Part shown: positions 17,649 to 27,072 of the stretch, one piece after another
Position numbering within the stretch: the first letter of the stretch is position 1
Layout of the letters: the number at the start of each line of letters is the position of its first letter
NCBI GenBank assembly: GCA_031418035.1
Contig: JANOWU010000038.1
Location: 217 to 64,216, forward strand
DNA: 64,000 nucleotides
Direction of reading: 5' to 3'
From: Acidimicrobiia bacterium
GTDB lineage: Bacteria > Actinomycetota > Acidimicrobiia > Acidimicrobiales > JANYDT01
The notes under the pieces: generated by a model
Told to the model about the DNA's origin: nothing
Database searches by the model: none
What the model saw: the letters and a program-made list of their open reading frames with translations, nothing else
Translations under genes and position numbers: made by a program

Positions 17649-18716
17649 GTGAATCGTCGCAAATTGATTGGCCTTGTGGCCGCACTTCTCGTGGCAGGTC
17701 TGGGAACAATGTTCGTGCTGAACTCGTCGAACAAGCCTGCGCCTGCGCCAGTCGCCGCTCCAGAAGCGATGGTCAAGGTTCTGAAAGTGACGAAAGCCGT
17801 TCCGAAGGGGACTCCCGTTGCACAGCTCACGGAATTCGTCACCCAGGTTGACGTACCCGCGTCCCAACAGCAAGCCAACACGGCGACGTCGCTCGACGAC
17901 CTCGTTGATAAGACCATGGTTGCGAATGCTGAACTCCTCGAAGGCGACCAGGTTTCGAAGCTGCGCTTCGAATCTGCCCAAAAGCTCAGCACGACAGACA
18001 TCGTGTCGTCCGGTGGCGGCGAAGCCGAAGACCTCACGAGCCTGGTCGGTGTCTGGGTCAACCTCACGCCGCTCAACGCACTGAACGGCAACCTCAAGCC
18101 CGGTGTCACCAAGGTTGCGGTGTTTGCGGCGTTCGAGCCCATCCCCGGCCTCGGCGCCGACCCGACGAAGGACGTGTCGACGATGCACATCATCGCCCAC
18201 AAGGTTCCCGTGCTCGACATGTATCCGCCGCAGTACATTCCGGTCGCCGCTCCTGCCGGTGGCGACCAGGCCGCTGCCGCCGCTCCACCGCTCCCGGCAA
18301 GTATTCAGGTGAAGCTCGGCGTCGATGCCGCAACTGCAGAGCGCATCATGTTCACGCAGCTCAAGGGAACGCTCGTTCTTGGCGACGAAGGCCTTGCTGC
18401 GGACGAGAGCGGAACCAAGGTCGTGGAGCGTGGCAACATCTACGAGCCCACTCAGACGGCCACGGTGAAGTCTGCGACGAGCCCCAAGCCCGTTACCGCC
18501 GGAAGTGATCCGCTTTCTGCCGGAACGGCAAAGCCTGTCGCCGGGGCCAACCCGTCGTCCACGGTGAAGCCGGCCGCCGCGGTGGCGCCGAAGACGGTCA
18601 AGCCGGTGGCTCCGACACCCGTTGCGGGTACGCCTGCCGTCGCGCTTGCGAGTTCAAACGGCTCGGGTGGCGCAGCTACCCCGGCCGTCGTGACCCCCTC
18701 CACGGTTGCGAAGTAA
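17649..18716 (+). CDS. cpaB: Flp pilus assembly protein CpaB/RcpC (SAF domain) with a Pro/Ala/Thr-rich C-terminal extension
   Basis: N-terminal TM LIGLVAALLVAGLGTMFVL, then SAF-like VKVLKVTKAVPKGTPV...ELLEGDQV. GTG start with ggag 7 nt upstream. Sits at the head of the tad operon. Confidence 0.8.
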   Translation: MNRRKLIGLVAALLVAGLGTMFVLNSSNKPAPAPVAAPEAMVKVLKVTKAVPKGTPVAQLTEFVTQVDVPASQQQANTATSLDDLVDKTMVANAELLEGDQVSKLRFESAQKLSTTDIVSSGGGEAEDLTSLVGVWVNLTPLNALNGNLKPGVTKVAVFAAFEPIPGLGADPTKDVSTMHIIAHKVPVLDMYPPQYIPVAAPAGGDQAAAAAPPLPASIQVKLGVDAATAERIMFTQLKGTLVLGDEGLAADESGTKVVERGNIYEPTQTATVKSATSPKPVTAGSDPLSAGTAKPVAGANPSSTVKPAAAVAPKTVKPVAPTPVAGTPAVALASSNGSGGAATPAVVTPSTVAK

Positions 18717-18730
18717 CTCTCCGTCCTTCA

Positions 18731-18752
18731 GTCGACCGAGGAAACGGTCGAC
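18731..18752 (+). other. intra-operon hairpin between cpaB and tadZ
   Basis: gtcgaccg-aggaaa-cggtcgac (8-bp stem) with no U-tract. Confidence 0.3.
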
Positions 18753-18815
18753 AAGCAATCAAGCCCGTATTCATCGTTACACCGGACGCAACGAACCGTC
18801 CTCGAAAGACACACC

Positions 18816-20102
18816 GTGAGCGAGACCCAGCTTTCCGAAACAGAACAGGTGACCGAGCAGGAGGTTTCATCGCCGACTGCCGTGCGGGAAATTCCTAAGG
18901 ATCAAGGTGACGTTGCCCTCGTGGCTTCCCAGGTGCCGTTTGAGCAGATGATTCGTCGTTTGCTCACGGCCAACGGGGGGCCCCGGATGCACCGGTGGCC
19001 GGCGCAGGGCGACATGCCCGGCGCCGAGAACATCGGCATCGCGTTCATTGGCCCCGACCTCGAGATCGATGCGATGGCTACCCGGGCCGAGCAGATCAAC
19101 CGAAGTCATCCTGGGATCTATCTCGTCCTTGTCTCGGATCCGCGCCCGGGGTTGTTCGAACGAGCACTGCGTTCAGGTGTTCGTGACGTTCTTGCGCCGA
19201 ACGCCCCCGACGCTGCCGTGATCGAAGTTCTCGAACGAGGGTTTGATCACGCCAACCGGTGGCGGGCTTCGCTTCCGACGGCGCCGGCCAGTGGCGTCGG
19301 CCCTGACGGGAAGAAGGCGCGGATCATCACGATCCTTTCGCCCAAGGGTGGCGTCGGCAAAACGTTCACGGCGACAAACCTGGCGATGGCCCTGAACATG
19401 CAGGTTCCGAGCAAGGTTGCGATCGTCGACCTCGACCTCCAGTTCGGTGACGTTGCGGGCGCAATGCACCTGAGCCCCGAACACACCGTCGCGGACGCTG
19501 CTCGAGCGACCCAGGGTGCTCAGTCTCAGACGATGAACTCGATGGTGAAGGTCTTCTTGACTCCCCATGAATCGGGAATCTACGTGATGTGCGGACCGGA
19601 CGATCCGGCCGAGGCTGACGACGTCAGCTACGAGCAGTCGGTGTCGATCACCAAGGCACTCTCACAATCATTCGAGTACGTAGTAGTTGATACGTGCGCT
19701 GGTCTTGATCCACATGCTCTTGCCGTTTGTGACGTCTCAACTGATCTCGTGTTCGTGTGTTCCGTCGACGTGTCCAGCGTTCGGTCGCTTCGTCGAGAAC
19801 TCGACGCACTCGACCGCCTCGGCATGACCCATCAGACGCGGCACTTCGTTCTGAACCGATTCGACGCTCCGGGCGGTGCCCGACCCGTCGACGTGGAAAC
19901 CGCGGTCGGAATCAAAGCATCGGTGATGATCCCGGGCGATCGCAACGTTCTTGCAGCTGCCAATCAGGGCATCCCGATCACGGTGGCCGATCCCAAGTCG
20001 GCGATCTCGAGAAAGTTCTTGTCCTTCACGGATATCTTCACGGGAATTGAGTCGACTGTCGCCCCGAAACCGAAGAGCACCTTCTGGAGGCGCGCAAAAT
20101 GA
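18816..20102 (+). CDS. tadZ: TadZ/CpaE-like ParA/MinD-family ATPase with an N-terminal receiver-like domain
   Basis: Deviant Walker A SPKGGVGKTFTATNLA. Position between cpaB and the secretion ATPase. Stop overlaps the next start (ATGA). Confidence 0.85.
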   Translation: MSETQLSETEQVTEQEVSSPTAVREIPKDQGDVALVASQVPFEQMIRRLLTANGGPRMHRWPAQGDMPGAENIGIAFIGPDLEIDAMATRAEQINRSHPGIYLVLVSDPRPGLFERALRSGVRDVLAPNAPDAAVIEVLERGFDHANRWRASLPTAPASGVGPDGKKARIITILSPKGGVGKTFTATNLAMALNMQVPSKVAIVDLDLQFGDVAGAMHLSPEHTVADAARATQGAQSQTMNSMVKVFLTPHESGIYVMCGPDDPAEADDVSYEQSVSITKALSQSFEYVVVDTCAGLDPHALAVCDVSTDLVFVCSVDVSSVRSLRRELDALDRLGMTHQTRHFVLNRFDAPGGARPVDVETAVGIKASVMIPGDRNVLAAANQGIPITVADPKSAISRKFLSFTDIFTGIESTVAPKPKSTFWRRAK

Positions 20103-21583
20103 AACTCGGTCAGCGACTGAAGGTCCAACAAACCGGTGACGTTCCTGCGCCACCCCCGCCACCTCCGGCGGAAATTCCGCACGAGCAGCAGTGGAAGTCT
20201 GCTGGGAACGCCTCGCCGGCTGCTGCAGAAGCTCCCGCCCCGTCGGCACCGCGCCTCGTTGCAGCCGGCAAGAAGGAGGACGACAAGGTTGCACTCTCGC
20301 CGATGCAAGCGCTCAAGGAGCGCCTGCATGAGCAGCTGATGGACAAGCTTGGCGGAAAGCTGTTTGAGGGTGGCGGCACGGATCGCGAGATGCGCGCCAC
20401 CGTCGTCGACATGATCACCCAGCTCCTCGGCGCCGAAGCCGTACCGCTGTCCGTCGAAGAGCGCCACAACCTGGTCGCCGAAATCACCGATGACGTGTTG
20501 GGTCACGGTCCGATCGATCGCTACCTCAAGGACCCTTCGGTCTCCGAAGTCATGGTGAACGGCTGCTCGCCGATCTTCATAGAAAAGAGCGGCAAACTGG
20601 TCCGAACGACCGACCGCTTCTTCTCCAACGAACAGCTTCGCCGCGTGATCGAACGTATTGTCGCCAACGTCGGACGTCGTATCGACGAGTCGTCGCCCAT
20701 GGTCGACGCCCGTCTGCTCGACGGTTCTCGTGTGAACGCCGTGATTCCGCCCCTGGCGGTCGACGGTGCGTCGCTGACGATTCGTAAGTTCTCACGTGAT
20801 CCACTCCAGATCCATCACCTCATCGACAAAGGTTCGCTCACTGCCGAAGCGGCCCAGCTCCTGGCCGCCTGCGTTGCCGGTCGACTGAACATCTTGGTGT
20901 CGGGTGGAACCGGTACGGGTAAGACGACGATGCTGAATATTCTGTCGGGCTTCATTCCGTCCGACGAACGCATCGTCACCATCGAAGACGCGGTCGAACT
21001 CCAGCTTCGTCAGCCCCACGTCGTGCGCCTCGAGACACGCCCACCGAACATCGAAGGGAAGGGCGCAGTCACGATTCGTGACTTGGTGAAGAACTCACTT
21101 CGTATGCGTCCAGACCGTGTCGTGATTGGCGAATGTCGTGGCGGCGAAGCCCTGGACATGCTTCAAGCCATGAACACCGGACACGATGGTTCGCTGTCGA
21201 CCATTCACGCGAACACCCCACGAGACGGCATTGCTCGTCTCGAGACGCTCGTGCTCATGGCCGGCTTCGACCTCCCATCGTTGGCCATTCGTCAACAGAT
21301 CGCCTCTGCGGTGGATCTCTTCGTGCAGATCCAGCGTTTCCGAGACGGTGGTCGTCGTGTGGTTGCGATCACCGAGGTCGAGGGCATGGAAGGTAACACG
21401 ATCACGCTTTCGGACATCTTTGCGTTCGACCATTCGAATGGCGTCGACGCTTCCGGGAAGACTTTGGGACGCTTGAAGCCCACGGGCATCCGTCCAAAGT
21501 TCGCCGAGAAGCTGGCCGACCACGGAATCTCGCTCCCGTCTGACATGTTTGGGACGGCCGACATTCTTCTCGGAAGGAGATGA
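20099..21583 (+). CDS. tadA: CpaF/TadA type II/IV secretion ATPase
   Basis: Walker [49 protein letters not shown], and a Pro/Ala-rich N-terminal extension. Confidence 0.95.
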   Translation: MKLGQRLKVQQTGDVPAPPPPPPAEIPHEQQWKSAGNASPAAAEAPAPSAPRLVAAGKKEDDKVALSPMQALKERLHEQLMDKLGGKLFEGGGTDREMRATVVDMITQLLGAEAVPLSVEERHNLVAEITDDVLGHGPIDRYLKDPSVSEVMVNGCSPIFIEKSGKLVRTTDRFFSNEQLRRVIERIVANVGRRIDESSPMVDARLLDGSRVNAVIPPLAVDGASLTIRKFSRDPLQIHHLIDKGSLTAEAAQLLAACVAGRLNILVSGGTGTGKTTMLNILSGFIPSDERIVTIEDAVELQLRQPHVVRLETRPPNIEGKGAVTIRDLVKNSLRMRPDRVVIGECRGGEALDMLQAMNTGHDGSLSTIHANTPRDGIARLETLVLMAGFDLPSLAIRQQIASAVDLFVQIQRFRDGGRRVVAITEVEGMEGNTITLSDIFAFDHSNGVDASGKTLGRLKPTGIRPKFAEKLADHGISLPSDMFGTADILLGRR

Positions 21584-21584
21584 A

Positions 21585-23270
21585 GTGAATTCGGAGTCTG
21601 TTCGAGCGCGCTCCGTCGCTCACATCGTTCGAGCCGCCGCATTCTTGATGCTCGGCTTCGTGCTCTTCGTCGTTGCCGTTGCTCCGTCGCGCAAGAGTTC
21701 TGCGCAAGCGACCGGAGCGTCACCGACCACCAAACTCGACGTTGTCATCGTCGTCGACAACTCGACGCTGTTGGCGGGCCGCCTGCTCTCCGACGTGAAG
21801 ACGGCGATCAACACCTACATCGGCGCTCTGCCGCCGACGGTTCGTGTCGGCGTCATTCGCTACGGCGGGTTCCCCTCGAGCGCAACGACCGGACTCTCCC
21901 TGAACCGAACGAGCCTCGTCGCTCGCGTTTCGGAGCTCGAACTCGAAGGCGACCCGACGCTGTTCGATGGCCTCGACCTCGGCATCGAACAGTTTGACCT
22001 CAACTCGCTGAACAAGCGACAGATCCTGCTCGTCGGTACGGGTGTGAACCGCGGATCGACGCTCGCATTCGCCGACGTTCGTGAACGTCTCTTTCAACGC
22101 AGCGTTGCTGTTGATGCGATCGAGGTTCGAGGCGAAAAGTTCGACACCGCAGCCATCGACGGGATCGTGGCCTCGTCGGGCGGACGAAAGTATTCGCTCT
22201 CCGATCTCGATGGCATTCGCGGGTTGGCCAGCAGCCGAACCGAATGGGCTGTTCCGCCGGTTTACTCTCCGCCGAGCGCGGTGGCAGCTGCTCGAAAGTC
22301 TCTACTTTCATCCAAGCCAGTATTGGTTGGAGCGGTTGTGCTCCTTGCGGGGCTTGTCGCTTTCATCACGATGCGGCCGAAGAAACTGAAGGGCTCAAAG
22401 GGTTCGAAAGGGAAGATCGATCTTCTCGGCGTTAGTGAAGTCGGCGGAAAGAAGACCAGCTCGAATGCGGTTACCGGCATTGCCGACAAACTGTCCGTGG
22501 CCGCAGACAAGGTGCTGGAAAAGCAAGGCAAGAACCGAAGCTTTGGTGCCAGTCTCGAGCGCGCAGGCATTGCGCTTCGACCCGGCGAATTCGTGATCGT
22601 CGCATTCGTAACCCTGCTTATGATCTTTGCGCTTCTTTACAAGTTCAAGGGAATCATGGTCGCCGGTATCGGCACCGGGGTGCTGTCCATATTCGGTCCG
22701 GGCAAGTACATCAAGCGACGAACGAACAAACGATCTACCGCCTTCGGAGATCAGCTGAGCGACACCTTGCAGCTTCTTTCCAGCAGCCTTCGCGCCGGTC
22801 AGGGACTCATGCAGGCCGTGGATTCGGTTGCCCGTGAAGGCGATGCGCCGGCGTCGGAGGAGTTCAAGCGAATCGTGACGGAGACCCGACTGGGCCGTGA
22901 TCTCATCGACTCACTTCGAGCCATGGCTGATCGTGTTCGCTCGGAGGACTTCAACTGGGTCATTCCGGCGATCGAGATCAACCGCGAGGTCGGTGGTGAC
23001 TTGGCCGAAGTTCTCGACACCGTGGCGGCCACGATTCGTGACCGTGCCGATATTCGGCGACAGGTGAAGACGCTCTCGGCGGAAGGTCGCCTCTCGGCGT
23101 ATGTGCTCATCAGCTTGCCGATCGGCATCGCGATGTTCATCAACCTGTCGAGTCCCGACTATCTCGCCGAACTCTGGAAGGCGCCCGGTCTCTACCTTGC
23201 TGTTGCCGCAGGCCTGATGATGGTCGTTGGTGCAGTCTGGCTCTTCAAGCTCTGCAAGATCGAATTCTAA
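21585..23270 (+). CDS. tadB: fusion protein: signal-anchor, VWA-like domain, TM, then TadB (T2SS-F family) platform protein
   Basis: GTG 21585 has ggaagga 7 nt upstream (the ORF is open from 21549). N-terminal hydrophobic AAAFLMLGFVLFVVAVAP..AQA. VWA-like VVIVVDNSTL...VGVIRYGG...ILLVGTG. Second TM plus KKLKGSKGSKGK. C-terminal TadB-like helices and loop (LRAGQGLMQA...EINREVGGDLAEVLD). Confidence 0.8.
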   Translation: MNSESVRARSVAHIVRAAAFLMLGFVLFVVAVAPSRKSSAQATGASPTTKLDVVIVVDNSTLLAGRLLSDVKTAINTYIGALPPTVRVGVIRYGGFPSSATTGLSLNRTSLVARVSELELEGDPTLFDGLDLGIEQFDLNSLNKRQILLVGTGVNRGSTLAFADVRERLFQRSVAVDAIEVRGEKFDTAAIDGIVASSGGRKYSLSDLDGIRGLASSRTEWAVPPVYSPPSAVAAARKSLLSSKPVLVGAVVLLAGLVAFITMRPKKLKGSKGSKGKIDLLGVSEVGGKKTSSNAVTGIADKLSVAADKVLEKQGKNRSFGASLERAGIALRPGEFVIVAFVTLLMIFALLYKFKGIMVAGIGTGVLSIFGPGKYIKRRTNKRSTAFGDQLSDTLQLLSSSLRAGQGLMQAVDSVAREGDAPASEEFKRIVTETRLGRDLIDSLRAMADRVRSEDFNWVIPAIEINREVGGDLAEVLDTVAATIRDRADIRRQVKTLSAEGRLSAYVLISLPIGIAMFINLSSPDYLAELWKAPGLYLAVAAGLMMVVGAVWLFKLCKIEF

Positions 23271-23279
23271 GAGGTCCTC

Positions 23280-24176
23280 GTGCTCACTCTTCTGCTCCTC
23301 ATCCCTCTCGGCGGGTTGATCTATTCGCTCGTCTTCGCCAAGAAGAAACCGAAGGTCACCGCGGCCGACATTCTCGGTGCCGGCGGCGCGGCGTCGCTTG
23401 ATCTCAACGCGGCGAACCTCCAGCGTCCGCTCTTCGAGCGCATGGAGCCGTTGGTGGCGAAGCTCAAGAAGAAGACTCCCAAGGGATGGTCTGATCAGAT
23501 CGAAAGCCGTATCCAGATGGCCGGTCTGTCATCGAAATGGAACGTCGAGAAGGTCTTGATCGTCAAGGTCATCGGCGGGACAGTCGGCGCTTTGCTCTCG
23601 TTCTACTTCTACTCCAAGGGCGTAAAACCCAGCCCGATGGACGTGAACTTCATCGGCATGGTGGCGTGCTTCCCGCTCGGGTTCATGCTGATCGACGTGC
23701 AGATCAAGAACCAGGCACAAAAGCGCGGCCAACAGATCGTGCTATCACTTCCCGACATCCTTGATCAGATCACGATCGGCGTGGAAGCCGGGCTCGGCTT
23801 CGACTCGGCAATGGCTCGATCGGCGAAGTCCAACGATGGACCACTGGCTGAAGAACTCATGCGAACACTGCAGCACGTGCAGGCGGGTCTGTCCCGAGCC
23901 GAAGCTTTGCGTGGTCTTGCCCAGCGCAACAGAGTGCCCGAGCTCCGACAGTTCGTCGCCGCCATCTTGCAGGCGGAGCAGTTCGGTATTCCGATGGCTC
24001 AGGTGCTGCGTGTCCAGGCGAGCGAACAACGCCGTAAGCGTCGTCAGCGTGCCGAAGAAAAGGCGATGAAGCTTCCGGTGAAGGTTCTCTTCCCGCTGGT
24101 GCTTTGTATCTTGCCCGCACTGTTCGTTGTGCTCATCGGCCCGGCAGGCGTGCGCATCGCAACCAACAAGTTCTAA
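23280..24176 (+). CDS. tadC: TadC (T2SS-F family) platform protein
   Basis: 298 aa. LPDILDQITIGVEAGLGFDSAM and a C-terminal KLPVKVLFPLVLCILPALFVVLIGP are typical of TadC. Confidence 0.85.
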   Translation: MLTLLLLIPLGGLIYSLVFAKKKPKVTAADILGAGGAASLDLNAANLQRPLFERMEPLVAKLKKKTPKGWSDQIESRIQMAGLSSKWNVEKVLIVKVIGGTVGALLSFYFYSKGVKPSPMDVNFIGMVACFPLGFMLIDVQIKNQAQKRGQQIVLSLPDILDQITIGVEAGLGFDSAMARSAKSNDGPLAEELMRTLQHVQAGLSRAEALRGLAQRNRVPELRQFVAAILQAEQFGIPMAQVLRVQASEQRRKRRQRAEEKAMKLPVKVLFPLVLCILPALFVVLIGPAGVRIATNKF

Positions 24177-24204
24177 GCGAACGAATTATTCTGTCGTCGA
24201 GCGG

Positions 24205-24226
24205 AGGCGCCGTATTTACGGCGCCT
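24205..24226. terminator. bidirectional hairpin between tadC and the convergent kinase gene
   Basis: aggcgccg-tattta-cggcgcct. The loop contains the kinase TAA stop (24216-24218 on the minus strand). Confidence 0.5.
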
Positions 24227-26357
24227 TCGTCGTTGAAGGCTTGTTGCTCACGGCCATCGTGGTGGAGGGACCGGGTGAGGTCTGTGCATCAGCGTCGTCG
24301 GGTGATGATGTGGCACGAAGAGCAGACGTTTGCGTTTCGGGAACTCCGGGAACCTCGGGGACGTTCTCACTTGTCGTGTACAGCGTGACAACCGAGTTTC
24401 GCCGCTGGCGCGTGTTGCGCAAAGGACGGGTGTGCAGGAGGGGTTGATCGGCCGGCCCGATGGTGTTCCCGATTCGAAACCCGGCAGCACGTAGTTTCGC
24501 GCTCGCTTCACCCGGGAGCAGTCCGATGACGTTGGGCACGATCGCAAAGGCCGGACCCGTCGACACGTACACCTTGATCTCGCTCCCGCGATCGACGACC
24601 GCTCCGGCCTTGGGATCGCTCCCGTAGACCGTGCCCTTCGGCGAATCACTTGCCGATTTGACGATCTTCACGACGAAGTCCGAACCGACCGTCGCGGCGA
24701 CGTCGGCTTCGGCGAGGCCGGCCAGCTTCGGAACGGGCAGCGTCGGCAGACCACCCGACACCACCAGGCGGATCTCCGTGCCCGGCGCGACCTCGCCGGT
24801 CGGCGTCCACCGAATGACTTTGCCCTCCTCGACGACGGTGCTCGACTCGACGATCGGGAACGCACCGACGCGTAAACGAAGTGCACGTAGCGTCCCCGTG
24901 GCGGTATCGACGCTCAGGCCGGTGAGGTCAGGAACGGGAATCGGCTTCGGGCCGTTCGAGATCGTCACCTCGATTGCGTTCTTCTCAGCAAGCTTTTCAC
25001 CAACGGCCGGTACCTGTTCGAGAATTCTTCCCTTGGGTACGTCCTCGTTGAACACGGCATCGGTTTGGTTCACCTCGAAGCGAAGCGGCTGTACCGCCTC
25101 GCGTGCGTCGGCGATCGTCTTCCCGGCCAGTTCAGGGACTGCATGAGTCGGTATGCGTCGGCTCCACGCGAAGCCGGCGCCGGCAGCCACCACAGCAAGC
25201 ACACTTAGTACTGCTACGGGAATCTTCCATCGGGCTCGAGACTTCGCCTCGGACGCCAGGCTCTTTGGTCCCGAGGCAGCGGCGGAGGCCTGGTCGTCTT
25301 CATCCAGGGCGAGATCGAAGATGCCGGTCTGTTTCGCAGTCTTGTTGGCAGCCGAATCGGGGAGGGGCACGGTGGGAAGGCCTGTCGCATCGAGCCGCGT
25401 GACCTTTACCTTCGTGCCGCTCGCGCCGAGTGCCGCGTGACGCGTCGGGTCCTGGTCGACCAGGTCGGTGCGCTTCGCCAACCGCGACCCATCGAGCGAG
25501 AGGGGCTCGGCTTTCGGGAGCGTCTTGGCGAGTTCCTCAAGCGCCTGTACCAACGCCGCAGCATCAAGACGCTTGCTAGGGTCCAAGGTGCCAGCCGCTT
25601 CGACAACAGCACCGAGCGGTCCTAGCTCGAACGGCGCCTCGATCGAGTGCTTGAGACGTGCCACGGTCGTCCCGGCGAGCGTATCTGCGGTGAACGGAAC
25701 TGATCCCGTCACGGCCTCGATGAGCACGAGCGCGAGGGAATAGACGTCACTGCGCCCGTCGATGGGACGATTGTCGGCCTGTTCCGGGGACAGGTAGCGT
25801 GCGCTCCCGACCGGCGTCCCGTTGTGCTCGGTGCGGCCGAAATCGGCCAACGCCCGGGCGAGCCCGAAATCGGCGATGCGAACCCGTTGGTCGTCGCCGA
25901 AAATCAGGTTGGCGGGCTTGATGTCGCGGTGCACGAGGTCTCTCGCATGTGCAAAGGCCAGACCGCGGGCCGCGTCGAGACCGATCCGTGTCGCCTGCGA
26001 CGGACTCAGTCGATGGCCGTTGTCGAGCAGCTCACGAAGCGTGCCACCGCCGAGGTATTCCGTCACAAGAAACGGCGGCTCACCGGTCGCGTTCTCGCCG
26101 TCGTTGACGTCGAACACGGTAACGATGTTGGGGTGGCTCAAAGGCGCGAGAGCCTCGGCTTCCTGTCGGAAGCGTCGGACGAAACCGTCATCGTCGGCGA
26201 AAGATGCGTGGAGAACCTTGACGGCGACCATGCGGCGGAGCCGTCGGTCCTCGGCTCGGTAGACGCGGGCAGATCCGCCGACCCCAACCAAATCGAGAAG
26301 TGCGTAACGCTGGTCCAGCACATGGCCGACCAGGTTCTCGGTGAAGACACTGGCCAT
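24216..26357 (-). CDS. Ser/Thr protein kinase with a TM segment and about four extracellular PASTA repeats (PknB-like)
   Basis: Kinase motifs VAVKVL, HRDIKPANL, DFG and SPEQ. TM IPVAVLSVLAVVAAGAGFAW. Repeated PASTA-like units (VPELAGKT.., VPDLTGLS.., VPKLAGLA.., VPNVIGLL..). Start placed at ATG 26357 (MASVFTEN...). Confidence 0.9.
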   Translation of the reverse strand: MASVFTENLVGHVLDQRYALLDLVGVGGSARVYRAEDRRLRRMVAVKVLHASFADDDGFVRRFRQEAEALAPLSHPNIVTVFDVNDGENATGEPPFLVTEYLGGGTLRELLDNGHRLSPSQATRIGLDAARGLAFAHARDLVHRDIKPANLIFGDDQRVRIADFGLARALADFGRTEHNGTPVGSARYLSPEQADNRPIDGRSDVYSLALVLIEAVTGSVPFTADTLAGTTVARLKHSIEAPFELGPLGAVVEAAGTLDPSKRLDAAALVQALEELAKTLPKAEPLSLDGSRLAKRTDLVDQDPTRHAALGASGTKVKVTRLDATGLPTVPLPDSAANKTAKQTGIFDLALDEDDQASAAASGPKSLASEAKSRARWKIPVAVLSVLAVVAAGAGFAWSRRIPTHAVPELAGKTIADAREAVQPLRFEVNQTDAVFNEDVPKGRILEQVPAVGEKLAEKNAIEVTISNGPKPIPVPDLTGLSVDTATGTLRALRLRVGAFPIVESSTVVEEGKVIRWTPTGEVAPGTEIRLVVSGGLPTLPVPKLAGLAEADVAATVGSDFVVKIVKSASDSPKGTVYGSDPKAGAVVDRGSEIKVYVSTGPAFAIVPNVIGLLPGEASAKLRAAGFRIGNTIGPADQPLLHTRPLRNTRQRRNSVVTLYTTSENVPEVPGVPETQTSALRATSSPDDADAQTSPGPSTTMAVSNKPSTTKAP

Positions 26358-26401
26358 TTGTATCGAGGGTAGTGCCGCGAACCTGCGAAACTGTGGAATT
26401 G

Positions 26402-26890
26402 ATGAACCAGGACACGTTGGAAACAGGCACCCCCGAAGAGTCGACTGACGAGGCCCGGCGTGCACAACGTCGAGCAGAGCGTGCGCCGTTGAAGGCTCGG
26501 ATTGCCATTGGCTTGCTCGTTCTCGGCTGTCTCGTCGGCGTTACCTGGGGTTTCGGGAGCGCGAAGAACCAGACCGAGGGACAACTCCCGTCGGCGATCG
26601 AGGCCATCAGCCCGGTGAACAACGCGCTTACGGTTCCGTCGCAGTCCACGATCACGGTGGACCTGAAGTTCGGCTTCGACGCCGATCTGGTCATCGACGG
26701 GGTGGAAATCCCTCGTGATCAGACCAAGTACGACAAGGCGACGGCGGTGCTTCGTTTCACGCCGGGCCCCGATAAGGACATGAAGGAACTCGCCGGCGGG
26801 GTTCGCCGTGTGTTGGTCATCTACTGGCCCTTGGAAGGTACCCGCGAGGCCAACGGCGAAACGTACAACTGGACCTTCACCGTCACCTGA
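26402..26890 (+). CDS. hypothetical single-pass membrane protein with a small extracytoplasmic beta-rich domain
   Basis: TM IAIGLLVLGCLVGVTWGF. No motif recognised. Start could be GTG 26372 or ATG 26402. Confidence 0.45.
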   Translation: MNQDTLETGTPEESTDEARRAQRRAERAPLKARIAIGLLVLGCLVGVTWGFGSAKNQTEGQLPSAIEAISPVNNALTVPSQSTITVDLKFGFDADLVIDGVEIPRDQTKYDKATAVLRFTPGPDKDMKELAGGVRRVLVIYWPLEGTREANGETYNWTFTVT

Positions 26891-26917
26891 TCGCGGCGGC
26901 GGTCCTTCCCCTCCGAG

Positions 26918-26994
26918 CTTGTGGTGCGTTTGGGTAGCTTGTGGTGCGTTTGGGCCGCCCGTACGCACCACAAGGGGTCTGAACGCACCACAAG
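26918..26994. repeat. 77-bp composite palindromic element, second family member
   Basis: CTTGTGGTGCGTTTGG at 26918 and 26938 (20-bp phasing). Partial reverse complements ACGCACCACAAG at 26963 and 26983. Confidence 0.9.
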
Positions 26995-27072
26995 CTCGGG
27001 AGAGGCTCTGGTGGCGGGCGCGCGGGCGGGGAAGTGCTCAAGGTTGTGGGGAAATGAGCCGATGTTCAGTTC

